The notes beneath the pieces are model-generated. The model worked only from the letters and a program-made list of their open reading frames with translations, had not been told where the DNA came from and ran no database searches. Source: Planctomycetota bacterium (GTDB taxonomy: Bacteria; Planctomycetota; SZUA-567; H5-PLA8). Taken from it: DNA of 64,000 bases. Positions 48,269-58,494 of the stretch are shown piece after piece. The stretch lies in NCBI GenBank assembly GCA_038227875.1, contig JBBRPR010000036.1, positions 21,827 through 85,826 on the forward strand. Direction: 5' to 3'. Every line of letters begins with the position of its first letter. Position 1 is the stretch's first letter. A program made the position numbers and the translations under genes.

Positions 48269-48883
48269 ATGTCCACATACGCATCCCGCGCGACTCAAAC
48301 AACCAGAGCGAAAGGCAGCCCGGTGGAATCTCCTGAGATGGACGAGCACCAGCGCTTCCTCCTGCTGTTCCTCAAGCACCAGCACGATCTCCGCGCGTTT
48401 GTCGCGTCGATGATCCGCGACTGGCACCGCAGCGAAGATGTAGTCCAGGAAGTTTCGATGATTCTCTGGGAAAAATTCGCGACCTACGACGACCATTATT
48501 CGTTCGGCGCGTGGGCTCGTGGCATCGCTTCAAACATGATTCTCAAAGACATCGGCCGCTACCGCCGCGCGCTGCCGCTGCTCTCCCCGGATTCCATTGC
48601 CTCGTTACTGGAAGCGTACGAAGTGTCCGAAAAATCAGACGCCAATCTCGAACAGGAAGCGCTGCGCCGCTGCACGCAGGAACTCGGCGGCCGCGCCAAG
48701 CAACTCCTCGCGCTGCGCTACGAACAGGCGATGAACATCGAGCAGGCCGCTGCGCAGATCGGAAGTTCGGTCGCCGCGGTCAAGAAAGCGCTCACCCGCA
48801 TCCGCGCGCAACTGCGCGAATGCGTGGGCCGCCGGCTGGCCAGCGCCAACGCCGCAAATCTGGGCGGAGGACTGCCGCGATGA
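48269..48883 (+). CDS. ECF sigma-70 factor (Rhodopirellula/Verrucomicrobium type)
   Basis: HQHDLRAFV, SEDVVQEV, WEKF, FGAWARGIA, LLALRY, ALTRIRAQLRECV; GGGGAG before the ATG at 48269 (alternative 48338). Confidence 0.92.
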   Translation: MSTYASRATQTTRAKGSPVESPEMDEHQRFLLLFLKHQHDLRAFVASMIRDWHRSEDVVQEVSMILWEKFATYDDHYSFGAWARGIASNMILKDIGRYRRALPLLSPDSIASLLEAYEVSEKSDANLEQEALRRCTQELGGRAKQLLALRYEQAMNIEQAAAQIGSSVAAVKKALTRIRAQLRECVGRRLASANAANLGGGLPR

Positions 48884-50730
48884 CACCGCACGAACACGCC
48901 GAAGAATTGATCAACCGCTACATCGATGGCGACACCTCGCCGGAACTCGTCGCGGAACTCGACGCCCTGATCAAGGCCGACCGGACTGTGGCCAAGATGC
49001 TCGCCGACGCCACCCGGAAGGATCATCATCTGTATTCGATCTACTCCGAATATTCCGTGAGCAAGGTGAAGCCCAGTTGGCGCACGACGGCGGCCGCCAA
49101 AAACGGCACGTGGACGTTCGCGCGCTTTGCTTCGCTGGCGGCGGTGATCGCGTTTGCTGTCGGAGCAGGAATTTACTTCTTCGCCAATCAATCCGTGAAG
49201 CCCGCGCAATCGGAAGCGCTGACGCTGGTCGGAATAAAAGGTGGCGTCGAACGCGAAAACGGGGCCGTGTGGGAGACGCTACCGACGACCGCCAGCGCGC
49301 AGCAGCCCGCCGCTTGGAAGCTGGGCGCCGCGATCCGCGTCACGCAGAATGTCGGCGAAGTGCAGCTCGCGGACGGCAGTCAGATCACCGTAAAGGCCGG
49401 CACGACGCTGCGGCTCGTTTCGCTCGCGCCGACGACGGTGGAACTCGTGAAAGACGGCGACGTATTTTGCGCCATCGCGCATCCGACCGGCGCGACAGGT
49501 GTGCGCTTTATCGTCCGCACTCCGGACGCGGATGTGAACGTCACCGGCACGGAATTCGGCGTCAAACGTGCGGCGGGAAAGACGGAAGTCGCCGTCGTCC
49601 AGGGCCGCGTCGAGTGCGCCAACGCGCAGGGCAAAGAGAAAGTTTCCGCCGGTGAAGTGGTCGCCGCGGTCAAGGATTCCGCGCCGACTGCAGCGGTAAA
49701 GACGGATGTCGAAAAACTTTTCGCCTGGCGCGCGCAACATGCCGCAAAGACCAGCACTCCGCTCTCCGCGACCGCGTGGGCCAATCTCAATGCCGCGGGC
49801 CTGCCGGACGAACTGACCCGCGACGGCATCATTACCATCCGCAGCAACGCGACCGGACGGCTCTACGTGGCGCTGGGAAAAAATGGCGTCTATCAGTCCG
49901 ACGACAACGGCCGCACGTGGACGTCGTCGGGATCCGGCATCGACGGCTTGAACATCCGTGTGCTGCTGGCCGGTGCGCGCGGTGAAGTCGTCTGCGGTGA
50001 ATGGAAGAAGCCCGACGAAAACGTGCCAAACAATCCCGTCTACTGCTACACGCTCTTTCCCGGCGCGAAGGAATGGAAGAAAGCCGACATGACCTGGGCC
50101 TTCCAGCGCGTGGTCGCACTCTGCGACGACGCCAAGGGCCGCCCCATGGCCGCGTCACTGTACTCCATCGGCGTGCTCCGCTCTGAAGACGACGGCCGCA
50201 GCTTCAAAATCCTCGCCAAGAGCCTCGGCGAAAATTCCTCGCTGGCCTCACTGCAGCGCAATCCCGTGGATGGCAACATCATTGTCGGAACCGCGCGCGG
50301 CTTCTTCCAATCCAGCGACGACGGCGAAAACTGGACGCTGCTGCCGTCGATGAAGGACATGCCCAACGAAACGCCCGCGGCCATCGGATTCACGCGCAGC
50401 GGCGATGAATTGCTCACCAGCTACAACGAAATCACGTTGGAACTCAAGCTGTACAAGCACGCTCACAAAAACGGCGGCGATGCCGTGGAGTCGAAGAAGG
50501 GTCTGCCGGAATCGGGAATCGTCCGCGACATTGTCACGGCCTCCAACGGCAACATCTATCTGCTGGTTCCCAAAGACGGCGTGTACGTCTCCACCGATCA
50601 CGCCGCGTCGTGGCAGCCGTGCAACGAACAGTTGGATCCGAAGTCGGTGACGTCCCTGCATCTGGCGCCGGGCGATCTGCTCTACGCCGGCACCCGAGCA
50701 GGAGAGATCTACGCGCGGCAGGTGAAGTGA
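48880..50730 (+). CDS. FecR-domain anti-sigma factor with a C-terminal Asp-box beta-propeller
   Basis: ATGA coupling to the sigma gene; anti-sigma N-terminus (LINRYIDG), TM, FecR 'LADGS...FIVRTPDA..VTGTEFGV...VAVVQGRV'; repeats SDDNGRTW, SEDDGRSF, SSDDGENW, STDHAASW. Confidence 0.88.
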   Translation: MTPHEHAEELINRYIDGDTSPELVAELDALIKADRTVAKMLADATRKDHHLYSIYSEYSVSKVKPSWRTTAAAKNGTWTFARFASLAAVIAFAVGAGIYFFANQSVKPAQSEALTLVGIKGGVERENGAVWETLPTTASAQQPAAWKLGAAIRVTQNVGEVQLADGSQITVKAGTTLRLVSLAPTTVELVKDGDVFCAIAHPTGATGVRFIVRTPDADVNVTGTEFGVKRAAGKTEVAVVQGRVECANAQGKEKVSAGEVVAAVKDSAPTAAVKTDVEKLFAWRAQHAAKTSTPLSATAWANLNAAGLPDELTRDGIITIRSNATGRLYVALGKNGVYQSDDNGRTWTSSGSGIDGLNIRVLLAGARGEVVCGEWKKPDENVPNNPVYCYTLFPGAKEWKKADMTWAFQRVVALCDDAKGRPMAASLYSIGVLRSEDDGRSFKILAKSLGENSSLASLQRNPVDGNIIVGTARGFFQSSDDGENWTLLPSMKDMPNETPAAIGFTRSGDELLTSYNEITLELKLYKHAHKNGGDAVESKKGLPESGIVRDIVTASNGNIYLLVPKDGVYVSTDHAASWQPCNEQLDPKSVTSLHLAPGDLLYAGTRAGEIYARQVK

Positions 50731-50859
50731 GCGCGGCGGGTAGTGTTGAGTTTTAAGTTTTGAGTTCCACTCGGTAAGTCGCAGGTCCGAAGTTCTTCCT
50801 CAGTCCGTGACGTCACGATGCCAAAAGGGGCACTACGCCTCTTTGTCAGGAGATACTCC

Positions 50860-53800
50860 ATGTCCACACTGTCCCATTTGCGTGTCGTTTTCTGCGTCGC
50901 ACTGCTGGCCGGATTTTCCTCCGCGCAGGCGGCCAGTTCCTGGACGCTCTTTGCCGATTCGTCGAAAGGACTGCCGGTCGTGCCCGCGGGAAGTTTCATC
51001 AACATGCCGCGCATGACCGTCGACGCCGCACACAACTGCATCTACATCAGCAGCGCGAACACCTGGAAGGCGGGGCTGGGCTGGGCCGGCACGGACAACG
51101 TCTGCCGCATCTGGAAAGGCGACCTGACCACCGGAAGCTTCACGCTGATGCCGCAGACCGGATTGTCCGCCGGAAAGTTCTCCGTCTACGACATGATCAT
51201 CAACAAGAACGGTGAAGTGGTGATCAGCGGCGGCTGGGGCACGCAAGGTTACACCTCCGGCACTGGCGGCGATTTCTTCTACTTCGACGTGCCGACGCAA
51301 ACCTGGGTCGCCGCCAATTACGTGGGCAGCAAACCGAACCTGATCGTTCACAACATGTCCATGGCGCCCAACGGCACAATCTGGGGCGCGGGGCGCTGGC
51401 ACGATGTCTACAAATCGACGGACAACGGCCGCACCTTCACCGACATCAACCCGCACAACACCATCCCGGCGATCATGTGGCCGACACAGACCGGCGCCAC
51501 CGATGAAGGCGCGACCTACGGCATCTTCTACGATCCAAACACGAACTGCGTTTTCACCGGCACGGAAACCGGTGGCGTAATCTACTCCGCCGACGACGGC
51601 GCGCATTGGGACTGCGTCGATCCGCACTACCACAACAACAGCGGAACCAGCACGATCAACGAAGGTTTCCTCGGCAACATCTGGGGCTTTGGTCTGAGCA
51701 AGACCAACGAACTGATCATCAACGGCTACCCCGGCACGGGCGCCCCGAGCGGCAACTTCGGCGCGATCGGCCAGGGCATGTACCATTACAATCACACCGC
51801 CAAGACCGACGGTGTCTGCGCCGGATTTCCCGCGTACCTCTTTAACAATCAGAAGTACTACGACCACATTATCACCACTGCCGACGGTCACAACTTTTTC
51901 GAAATCGAACGCACCCCCGATGTCGACTTCGTCGGACAGGGCGGCATCTACACCTCCGCCGACGGCATCAACTGGACCGCGTTCAATACCGGCATCACCT
52001 TCCCCAGTTTCGGCACCGGCAGTTACCACTACACGTACAGCGAAGGCGCGCTGGCGGTGAACGGCAACGACGTCTACACCGCGACTTCAGACGGCAAGAT
52101 CTACATCTATAACACCGGCGGCGCAGCCACCGCGCCGGCCATCACCACGCAGCCCGCGAATCAGACGGTTGCCGTCGGCCAGACGGCGACCTTCAGCGTC
52201 GTCGCCAGCGGCATGGCACCGCTGACCTACCAGTGGAAGAAGAACGGCACCGCGATCAGCGGTGCGACCAGCGCGACGTACACGACTCCCGCGACGGTCG
52301 CCGGCGACAACGGCGCGACGTTCGCCGTCGTCGTCACCAACAGTGCCGGTAGCGCCACCAGCAACGCCGCGACGTTGACGGTGACGTCCGTGATCGCCCC
52401 GAGCATCACCACGCAACCGGCGAATCAGACGGTCGCCATCGGCCAGACGGCGACCTTCAGCGTCGTCGCCAGCGGCACGGCGCCGTTGACTTACCAGTGG
52501 AAGAAGAACGGTACCGCGATCAGCGGCGCGACCAGCGCGACGTACACCACTCCCGCGACGGTCGCCGGCGACAATGGCGCGACGTTCACCGTCGTCGTCA
52601 CCAACAGCGCCGGCAGCGCCACGAGCAACGCCGCGACGCTGACGGTCACGTCCGTAACTGCTCCGAGCATCACCACGCAGCCGGCCAATCAGAGCGTGAC
52701 GACCGGCCAGACGGCCACGTTCAATGTCGTCGCCAGCGGCACCGCGCCGCTGACGTATCAGTGGAAGAAGAACGGCACCGCGATTTCCGGCGCGACCAGC
52801 GCGTCGTACACGACTCCGGCCACGGTGATCGGTGACAACGGCGCGACGTTCACCGTCGTCATCACCAACAGCGCCGGCAGCGCGACCAGCAATGCCGCGA
52901 CGCTGACGGTCAGCGCACCGTCGAGCACGCTCTATGTCGACGCCAACAACGCCAACGCATCGCCGAACGGCACAATCACCAATCCGTACAAGACGATCCA
53001 GGCCGCCGTCGCCGCCGCCAGCAGCGGTGCCACGATCAAAGTGGCCAAGGGCGCGTACACGGGCAATACCGACTGCGATGTCAAAGCGCTGAATTTCTTC
53101 GGCGGCTACGCGGGCGGAACGACGGCCAACTACGCGGCCAGCGTCGCCGGCGATTTCACGACGCGCGACATCGTCAACAACGTCACCAGCGTCACCGGCA
53201 CGACGACGATTACCGGTAACGATCACGGCGCGGTCTTCCATTTCACAAACACGACCGGCGGCACGATCGACGGCTTCACGCTCAGCGGCGCGCTCCACGG
53301 CGTCTACTTCGACGGCTACCTGACCGGCGGAACGGTCTTCACGATCTCCAACAACATCATCCAGAACAACGGCAGCCAGACCGAACCGATGGGCGGCGGC
53401 ATCTACGGCGGTCACCTGAGCCTCGCGATTCTCAACAACACCATCCAGAACAACGTCGCCGCGAAAGGCGCCGGCGTCGGCTGTACCTCCACGACCACCG
53501 GCGTCTCGCTGCTGATCCAGGGCAATCTAATCAAGAGCAACATCAGCTACTCCGATCACGGCGGCGGCCTGTACGTCGGGCAGTTGGCGACGGTGAAGAA
53601 CAACATCGTTCAGAGCAACGAAGTCGGAAAGAGCGTCGGTTACGGCTGGGGCGGCGGCATGATCATGACACCGGCCAACTCCGGCGCGCCGTTTCCGACC
53701 GCGCACAACGTCATCTCCGGCAACGTCTGGACTGACAATTACGCGCCCACCAACGGTTCGGGATTCTTCGTCGACGAAGGCGCGATCGCCGACGTCGATC

Positions 53801-56800
53801 ACGACTTGGTCTACAAAAATCGCACCAACATCGCCAACAGCGGCAATGGCATTTACATCGGTGATTACAACTACGGCGGCGCCGGCGCGCACGGCAGCAC
53901 GGTGACGTTCACCAACTGCCTGATCGCCAACAACGGCGCGGGCACGGGAACGGCCAACGCCTTGCAGATCAATCCCAATTGCATCGTGTCGCTCAGCAAC
54001 TGCATTCTGTGGGGCAACGGTCCCACCAGCATCAAACTCGAAACCGGCGGCAGCGGCACCGTTACCGCAACGTACTCGGATATCGAAGGTGGCTACACCG
54101 GCACGGGCAACCTTAACGTCGACCCGCAATTCGCCAGCGTCGCCACCAGCGATTACCACCTGAAGTCCACTGGCGGCCGCTGGGACCCGACGGCCAACTC
54201 CGGCGCGGGCGGATTCGTCAACGACGCCGTCGACAGCCCCTGCATCGACAGCGGCGATCCGATCAGCGTGTATGGCAACGAACTCGCGCCGAACGGCAGC
54301 CGCATCAACATGGGTACGGAAGGCAACACCGCGCAGGCAAGCAAGTCGCCCGGCGCGGCGGCACCAACCATCACGACACAGCCCGCGAACCAGACGGTGA
54401 TCGTCGGCCAGACCGCGAGTTTCAGCGTCGTCGCCAGCGGCACCGCACCGCTGACGTACCAATGGAAGAAAAACGGCAGCGCGATTTCCGGCGCGACCAG
54501 CGCGTCGTACACGACGCCAGCGACGGTGATCGGCGACAACGGCGCGACGTTCAGCGTCGTCGTCACCAACTCCGCCGGCAGCGCGACGAGCAACAACGCC
54601 ACGCTGACCGTGAACGCCGCCGCGGTCGCCCCGACGATCACCACGCAGCCCGCAAATCAGACCGTGACCGTCGGCCAGACGGCGACGTTCTCCGTCGTCG
54701 CCAGCGGCACCGCGCCGCTGACGTACCAATGGAAGAAAAACGGCACCGCGATCAGTGGAGCGACGTCCGCGTCGTACACGACACCGGCGACGGTGATCGG
54801 CGACAACGGCGCGCTCTTCAGCGTCGTTGTCACCAACTCCGCCGGCAGCGCGACGAGCAACAACGCCACGCTGACGGTCAATGCCTCCAGCGGCCCCGGT
54901 GTCTGGACCGATTTTGCATCGCCGCTGCCCGAACGTCCGCGGCCGATCGCTCCGATCAAGGTTATTGGCGGTAACATCTTCGTCGCGGGCCAGGCCAACG
55001 GCGCGTACAAGTCGTCGCTCAGCAGCCCCGCCTTCACGGCGCTCTCGACCGGCTGGACCAGCAAGCAGATGTGGCGCATGGGCGTCAACGCGCTCGGCAA
55101 TCCCATCGGCGGCGCAGCATCGACCGGCACCGGCCTGAATTCACCGCCGGTTCTGTATTGGAATGGCACCACCTGGACAGGCAGCACATTCAACCCCGCA
55201 CCCACGCCGGGCAACTGGTGGTATGGTCTGACCAGCGGTTTCACGCTCGATCCCACTAACGGCACGATCTACACCGCCGGCAATTTTGCGCTGATGAAAT
55301 CGACGGACAACGGCGCAACCTTCAATCAGTTCTTCAATCTCGGCACGGTCTGCTCCAGCGGCGGCGGCTACGGCTACATCTATACGTTCGAACGCATGCC
55401 CTGGGGCGAACTGTTCGTCGGCGGTGAAAGCGATACGTTCTATCACTCCACCGACGACGGCGTCACCTGGTCGGCGATTCCCGTCATCACTCCCGGCGGA
55501 AACCGCTACGGCTGCAGCTACACCAAGGACGGCGAAGTCCTGCTCTCCACCGCCGGCGACACCAACGGCAACATGATGCTCTGCTACAACGCCGCCGGAC
55601 AATTCACGCCGATGATGAACGGACTCTCGGCCTGGCAGTTCAATCAACAGCTTTCGTACGTCGTGAATATTCCGTACACGGATTCCGGCGAAAATTACGC
55701 CGCCGCTGTCTTCGCCGACAACACCATGCACGTGATCCGCTGGGACGGCTCGACCTGGACGACCATCGAAGCGCTCCCCAACGGCCCCAACCAGACCCTG
55801 GTGATGAATTCGATCGGCACCGATGGATCCAACATTTATGTCGGCACCAGCGCGATGCAGATCAAGAAGTGGACACCGACGGCCAAGCTGCCGTTCACCG
55901 TCAACCTCGCCGGTCCGCTGACGCTGCCCACCAGCGGCGGAAGCGTCAGCGGCTCGATGTCGACTGCCGGTTCGTACACCTACACGTGGACGGCGCGCGG
56001 CGCCGGCACGGTGACGTTCGGTTCACCCAACGCGCTGACGTCGACGGTGACGTTCTCGCAGCTCGGCGACTACGTGCTGAATCTGAAAGCGTCCAACGGC
56101 ACGGTGAGCGCCGGCAATAGTGTCATCGTACATGTCACCTCCGGCGGCCCGGTGGCCCCGACGATCACGACGCAGCCCGCCAATCAGACCGTGTCCGTCG
56201 GCCAGACGGCGACGTTCAGCGTCGTCGCCAGCGGCACCGCGCCGCTGACGTACCAGTGGAAGAAGAACGGTACCGCGATCAGTGGAGCGACGTCCGCGAG
56301 CTACACCACACCGGCCACGGTAATCGGCGATAACGGCGCGCTCTTCAGCGTCGTCGTCACCAACGCCGCGGGCAGCGCGACGAGCAACAATGCGACGCTG
56401 ACCGTGAATGCCGCCGCGGTCGCGCCGACGATCACGACGCAGCCCGCCAATCAGACCGTGTCCGTCGGCCAGACGGCGACGTTCAGCGTCGTCGCCAGCG
56501 GCACCGCGCCGCTGACGTACCAGTGGAAGAAAAACGGAATCGCCATCAGCGGCGCGACCAGCGCGACGTACACCACACCTGCCACGGTGATCGGCGACAA
56601 CGGCGCGCTCTTCAGCGTCGTCGTCACCAACTCCGCGAGTAGCGCGACCAGCAACAACGCCACGCTGACCGTGAATGCCGCCGCGGTCGCGCCGACGATC
56701 ACCACGCAGCCCGCCAATCAGACCGTGACCGTCGGCCAGACGGCGACGTTCAGTGTCGTCGCCAGCGGCACCGCGCCGCTGACGTACCAGTGGAAGAAAA

Positions 56801-58248
56801 ACGGTACCGCGATCAGCGGCGCAACATCCGCGAGCTACACCACACCTGCCACGGTGATCGGCGATAACGGCGCGCTCTTCAGCGTCGTGGTCACGAACGC
56901 CGCGGGCAGCGCGACGAGCAACAACGCGACGCTGACCGTGAATGCTGCCGCCGTCGCTCCGACGATCACGACGCAGCCCGCCAATCAGACCGTGACCATC
57001 GGCCAGACAGCGACGTTCTCCGTCGTCGCCAGCGGCACCGCGCCGCTGACGTACCAGTGGAAGAAGAACGGCACCGCGATCAGCGGAGCGACGTCCGCGA
57101 GCTACACCACACCGGCCACGGTGATCGGCGATAACGGCGCGCTCTTCAGCGTCGTCGTCACCAACGCCGCGGGCAGCGTGACGAGCAACAACGCGACGCT
57201 GACCGTGACTGCCGCAGGCACAGCGCCGACCATCACGGCGCTCTCGCCGAAGTCTGGCGGCACCGGGCCGTGGGCGTCGTATGTTTCCATCACGGGCACG
57301 AACTTCGCCACCACCGGTACGGTGACCGTGACCTTCGGGGGCATTGCTGCGCCCTATGTCAGCGTGGCCAGCAGCACGCTGATCTACGTCTACACGCCGG
57401 CGCACGCGGCCGGCCTCGTCGACGTGGTCGTCACCAACCCCAACGCGCAGGCGGCGACACTGACCGGCGGCTTTACGTTCCTGGCGCCGCCAACGATCAC
57501 GTCGCAACCCACCGCGACGCCCGATCCGGCGGCGGTCAACCAGGCCGTCACGTTCACGGTTGGCGCCAGCGATCCCAACGGCGGAACGCTGACATACCTG
57601 TGGAATTACGGCGACGGCGCGACGGGTGCCAGCGCAACGCACACATACACGGCCGCGGGCACGTTCACCGCATCGGTCACGGTGACCAGCAGCGCGGGCA
57701 GCACCGTGAGCAGCACTGTCAGCGTGGTGGTGAACGCCGCCGCAGCACCTGCCGGTGCAGCATCGATTACCGGAACGTCGACGCAGTCCGTCGCGTTCTC
57801 CGTCAAAACAATGAAAGGCGCCGTGAAAAGCAAAGGTGGTCACGACAGCGTGAGCGTCCAGGGCACGCTGCCCAACCTGTCGGCGCTGTTCTCGCCCCAA
57901 GGCGCCACGCTCTCGCTCGATGTCGGCGGCGCATCCTCCGATTTCACGCTCGACGCGAAAGGCCGTGGCAAATCCACGCACGGCACGATCGCGCTGCTCT
58001 TCAAGCTGACGAAAAACAAGGCCACGAAGAAGTCCACCTTCGCCGGCGGCAACGTCCCCTTCAAAGCGCTGCTGAAAAACGGCGCGTGGTCCGGCGTGTG
58101 GGCGAACAACGGTCTCGACCTGACTCAGCCGAAGACCACGTTCACGCTTCCCGCGACCATCACGCTCAACGGCCAGCCCTACATCGCGACGCTGACCGTG
58201 AACTACAAAGGAAAGCAGAACGTCGGCGGAACGATGAGCGGGAAGTGA
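50860..58248 (+). CDS. Large secreted modular protein: propeller, 3xIg, beta-helix, 2xIg, propeller, PKD-like, 4xIg, IPT, PKD, basic C-terminal domain
   Basis: AGGAGA RBS; signal peptide ending AQAA; Asp-box repeats; nine 'APxITTQPANQ...TYQWKKNG...NSAGSATS' Ig units; Gly/Asn-rich beta-helix; PKD 'YLWNYGDG...HTYTAAGTF'. Confidence 0.9.
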   Translation: MSTLSHLRVVFCVALLAGFSSAQAASSWTLFADSSKGLPVVPAGSFINMPRMTVDAAHNCIYISSANTWKAGLGWAGTDNVCRIWKGDLTTGSFTLMPQTGLSAGKFSVYDMIINKNGEVVISGGWGTQGYTSGTGGDFFYFDVPTQTWVAANYVGSKPNLIVHNMSMAPNGTIWGAGRWHDVYKSTDNGRTFTDINPHNTIPAIMWPTQTGATDEGATYGIFYDPNTNCVFTGTETGGVIYSADDGAHWDCVDPHYHNNSGTSTINEGFLGNIWGFGLSKTNELIINGYPGTGAPSGNFGAIGQGMYHYNHTAKTDGVCAGFPAYLFNNQKYYDHIITTADGHNFFEIERTPDVDFVGQGGIYTSADGINWTAFNTGITFPSFGTGSYHYTYSEGALAVNGNDVYTATSDGKIYIYNTGGAATAPAITTQPANQTVAVGQTATFSVVASGMAPLTYQWKKNGTAISGATSATYTTPATVAGDNGATFAVVVTNSAGSATSNAATLTVTSVIAPSITTQPANQTVAIGQTATFSVVASGTAPLTYQWKKNGTAISGATSATYTTPATVAGDNGATFTVVVTNSAGSATSNAATLTVTSVTAPSITTQPANQSVTTGQTATFNVVASGTAPLTYQWKKNGTAISGATSASYTTPATVIGDNGATFTVVITNSAGSATSNAATLTVSAPSSTLYVDANNANASPNGTITNPYKTIQAAVAAASSGATIKVAKGAYTGNTDCDVKALNFFGGYAGGTTANYAASVAGDFTTRDIVNNVTSVTGTTTITGNDHGAVFHFTNTTGGTIDGFTLSGALHGVYFDGYLTGGTVFTISNNIIQNNGSQTEPMGGGIYGGHLSLAILNNTIQNNVAAKGAGVGCTSTTTGVSLLIQGNLIKSNISYSDHGGGLYVGQLATVKNNIVQSNEVGKSVGYGWGGGMIMTPANSGAPFPTAHNVISGNVWTDNYAPTNGSGFFVDEGAIADVDHDLVYKNRTNIANSGNGIYIGDYNYGGAGAHGSTVTFTNCLIANNGAGTGTANALQINPNCIVSLSNCILWGNGPTSIKLETGGSGTVTATYSDIEGGYTGTGNLNVDPQFASVATSDYHLKSTGGRWDPTANSGAGGFVNDAVDSPCIDSGDPISVYGNELAPNGSRINMGTEGNTAQASKSPGAAAPTITTQPANQTVIVGQTASFSVVASGTAPLTYQWKKNGSAISGATSASYTTPATVIGDNGATFSVVVTNSAGSATSNNATLTVNAAAVAPTITTQPANQTVTVGQTATFSVVASGTAPLTYQWKKNGTAISGATSASYTTPATVIGDNGALFSVVVTNSAGSATSNNATLTVNASSGPGVWTDFASPLPERPRPIAPIKVIGGNIFVAGQANGAYKSSLSSPAFTALSTGWTSKQMWRMGVNALGNPIGGAASTGTGLNSPPVLYWNGTTWTGSTFNPAPTPGNWWYGLTSGFTLDPTNGTIYTAGNFALMKSTDNGATFNQFFNLGTVCSSGGGYGYIYTFERMPWGELFVGGESDTFYHSTDDGVTWSAIPVITPGGNRYGCSYTKDGEVLLSTAGDTNGNMMLCYNAAGQFTPMMNGLSAWQFNQQLSYVVNIPYTDSGENYAAAVFADNTMHVIRWDGSTWTTIEALPNGPNQTLVMNSIGTDGSNIYVGTSAMQIKKWTPTAKLPFTVNLAGPLTLPTSGGSVSGSMSTAGSYTYTWTARGAGTVTFGSPNALTSTVTFSQLGDYVLNLKASNGTVSAGNSVIVHVTSGGPVAPTITTQPANQTVSVGQTATFSVVASGTAPLTYQWKKNGTAISGATSASYTTPATVIGDNGALFSVVVTNAAGSATSNNATLTVNAAAVAPTITTQPANQTVSVGQTATFSVVASGTAPLTYQWKKNGIAISGATSATYTTPATVIGDNGALFSVVVTNSASSATSNNATLTVNAAAVAPTITTQPANQTVTVGQTATFSVVASGTAPLTYQWKKNGTAISGATSASYTTPATVIGDNGALFSVVVTNAAGSATSNNATLTVNAAAVAPTITTQPANQTVTIGQTATFSVVASGTAPLTYQWKKNGTAISGATSASYTTPATVIGDNGALFSVVVTNAAGSVTSNNATLTVTAAGTAPTITALSPKSGGTGPWASYVSITGTNFATTGTVTVTFGGIAAPYVSVASSTLIYVYTPAHAAGLVDVVVTNPNAQAATLTGGFTFLAPPTITSQPTATPDPAAVNQAVTFTVGASDPNGGTLTYLWNYGDGATGASATHTYTAAGTFTASVTVTSSAGSTVSSTVSVVVNAAAAPAGAASITGTSTQSVAFSVKTMKGAVKSKGGHDSVSVQGTLPNLSALFSPQGATLSLDVGGASSDFTLDAKGRGKSTHGTIALLFKLTKNKATKKSTFAGGNVPFKALLKNGAWSGVWANNGLDLTQPKTTFTLPATITLNGQPYIATLTVNYKGKQNVGGTMSGK
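56155..57215 (+). repeat. Four near-identical 267-bp tandem Ig-domain repeats (further copies ~52135-52915 and ~54361-54885)
   Basis: Repeated acgatcac..cagcccgccaatcagaccgtg at 267-bp spacing. Confidence 0.9.
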
Positions 58249-58272
58249 AGGGCAGGGGCAGTACCGACTCTC

Positions 58273-58436
58273 TGGTGCCACGGATGCGCGGACATTTGAG
58301 CGTAGCGAAAATGTCCATTCATCCGTGCGTTGCATACTGAACTGGCCTAATAACGTCGTCTCTACAGTGGAGCATCGCACGCACGGATGAACAGACGCTT
58401 TCGCTACGCTCAAGCATCTGCGCATCCGTGGCACCA
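58273..58436. mobile_element. REPIN/MITE-like element, family A copy 2
   Basis: Perfect ends TGGTGCCACGGATGCGC...GCGCATCCGTGGCACCA; internal TTGAGCGTAGCGAAA cores in inverted orientation. Confidence 0.75.
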
Positions 58437-58437
58437 T

Positions 58438-58472
58438 AAAAAAACGCGCGGCATCCCTGCCGCGCGTCTTTG
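58438..58472 (-). terminator. Rho-independent terminator for the minus-strand epimerase gene
   Basis: ACGCGCGGCA-tccc-TGCCGCGCGT with an adjacent A-run (U-tract on the minus strand). Confidence 0.75.
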
Positions 58473-58494
58473 TCTAAACGGGTTACGGAAAGCA

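Noticed and set aside
48511..48879. Long N-terminal extension of the FecR ORF (similarly 36672-36839 for the PEGA protein)
   Set aside because: Overlaps the upstream gene; ATGA-coupled starts at 48880 and 36840 fit better.
52135..57215. Possible CRISPR array or DGR template/variable repeats
   Set aside because: The repeats are in-frame Ig domains with no unique spacers; differences are not adenine-specific by eye; no cas or reverse transcriptase gene in the window.
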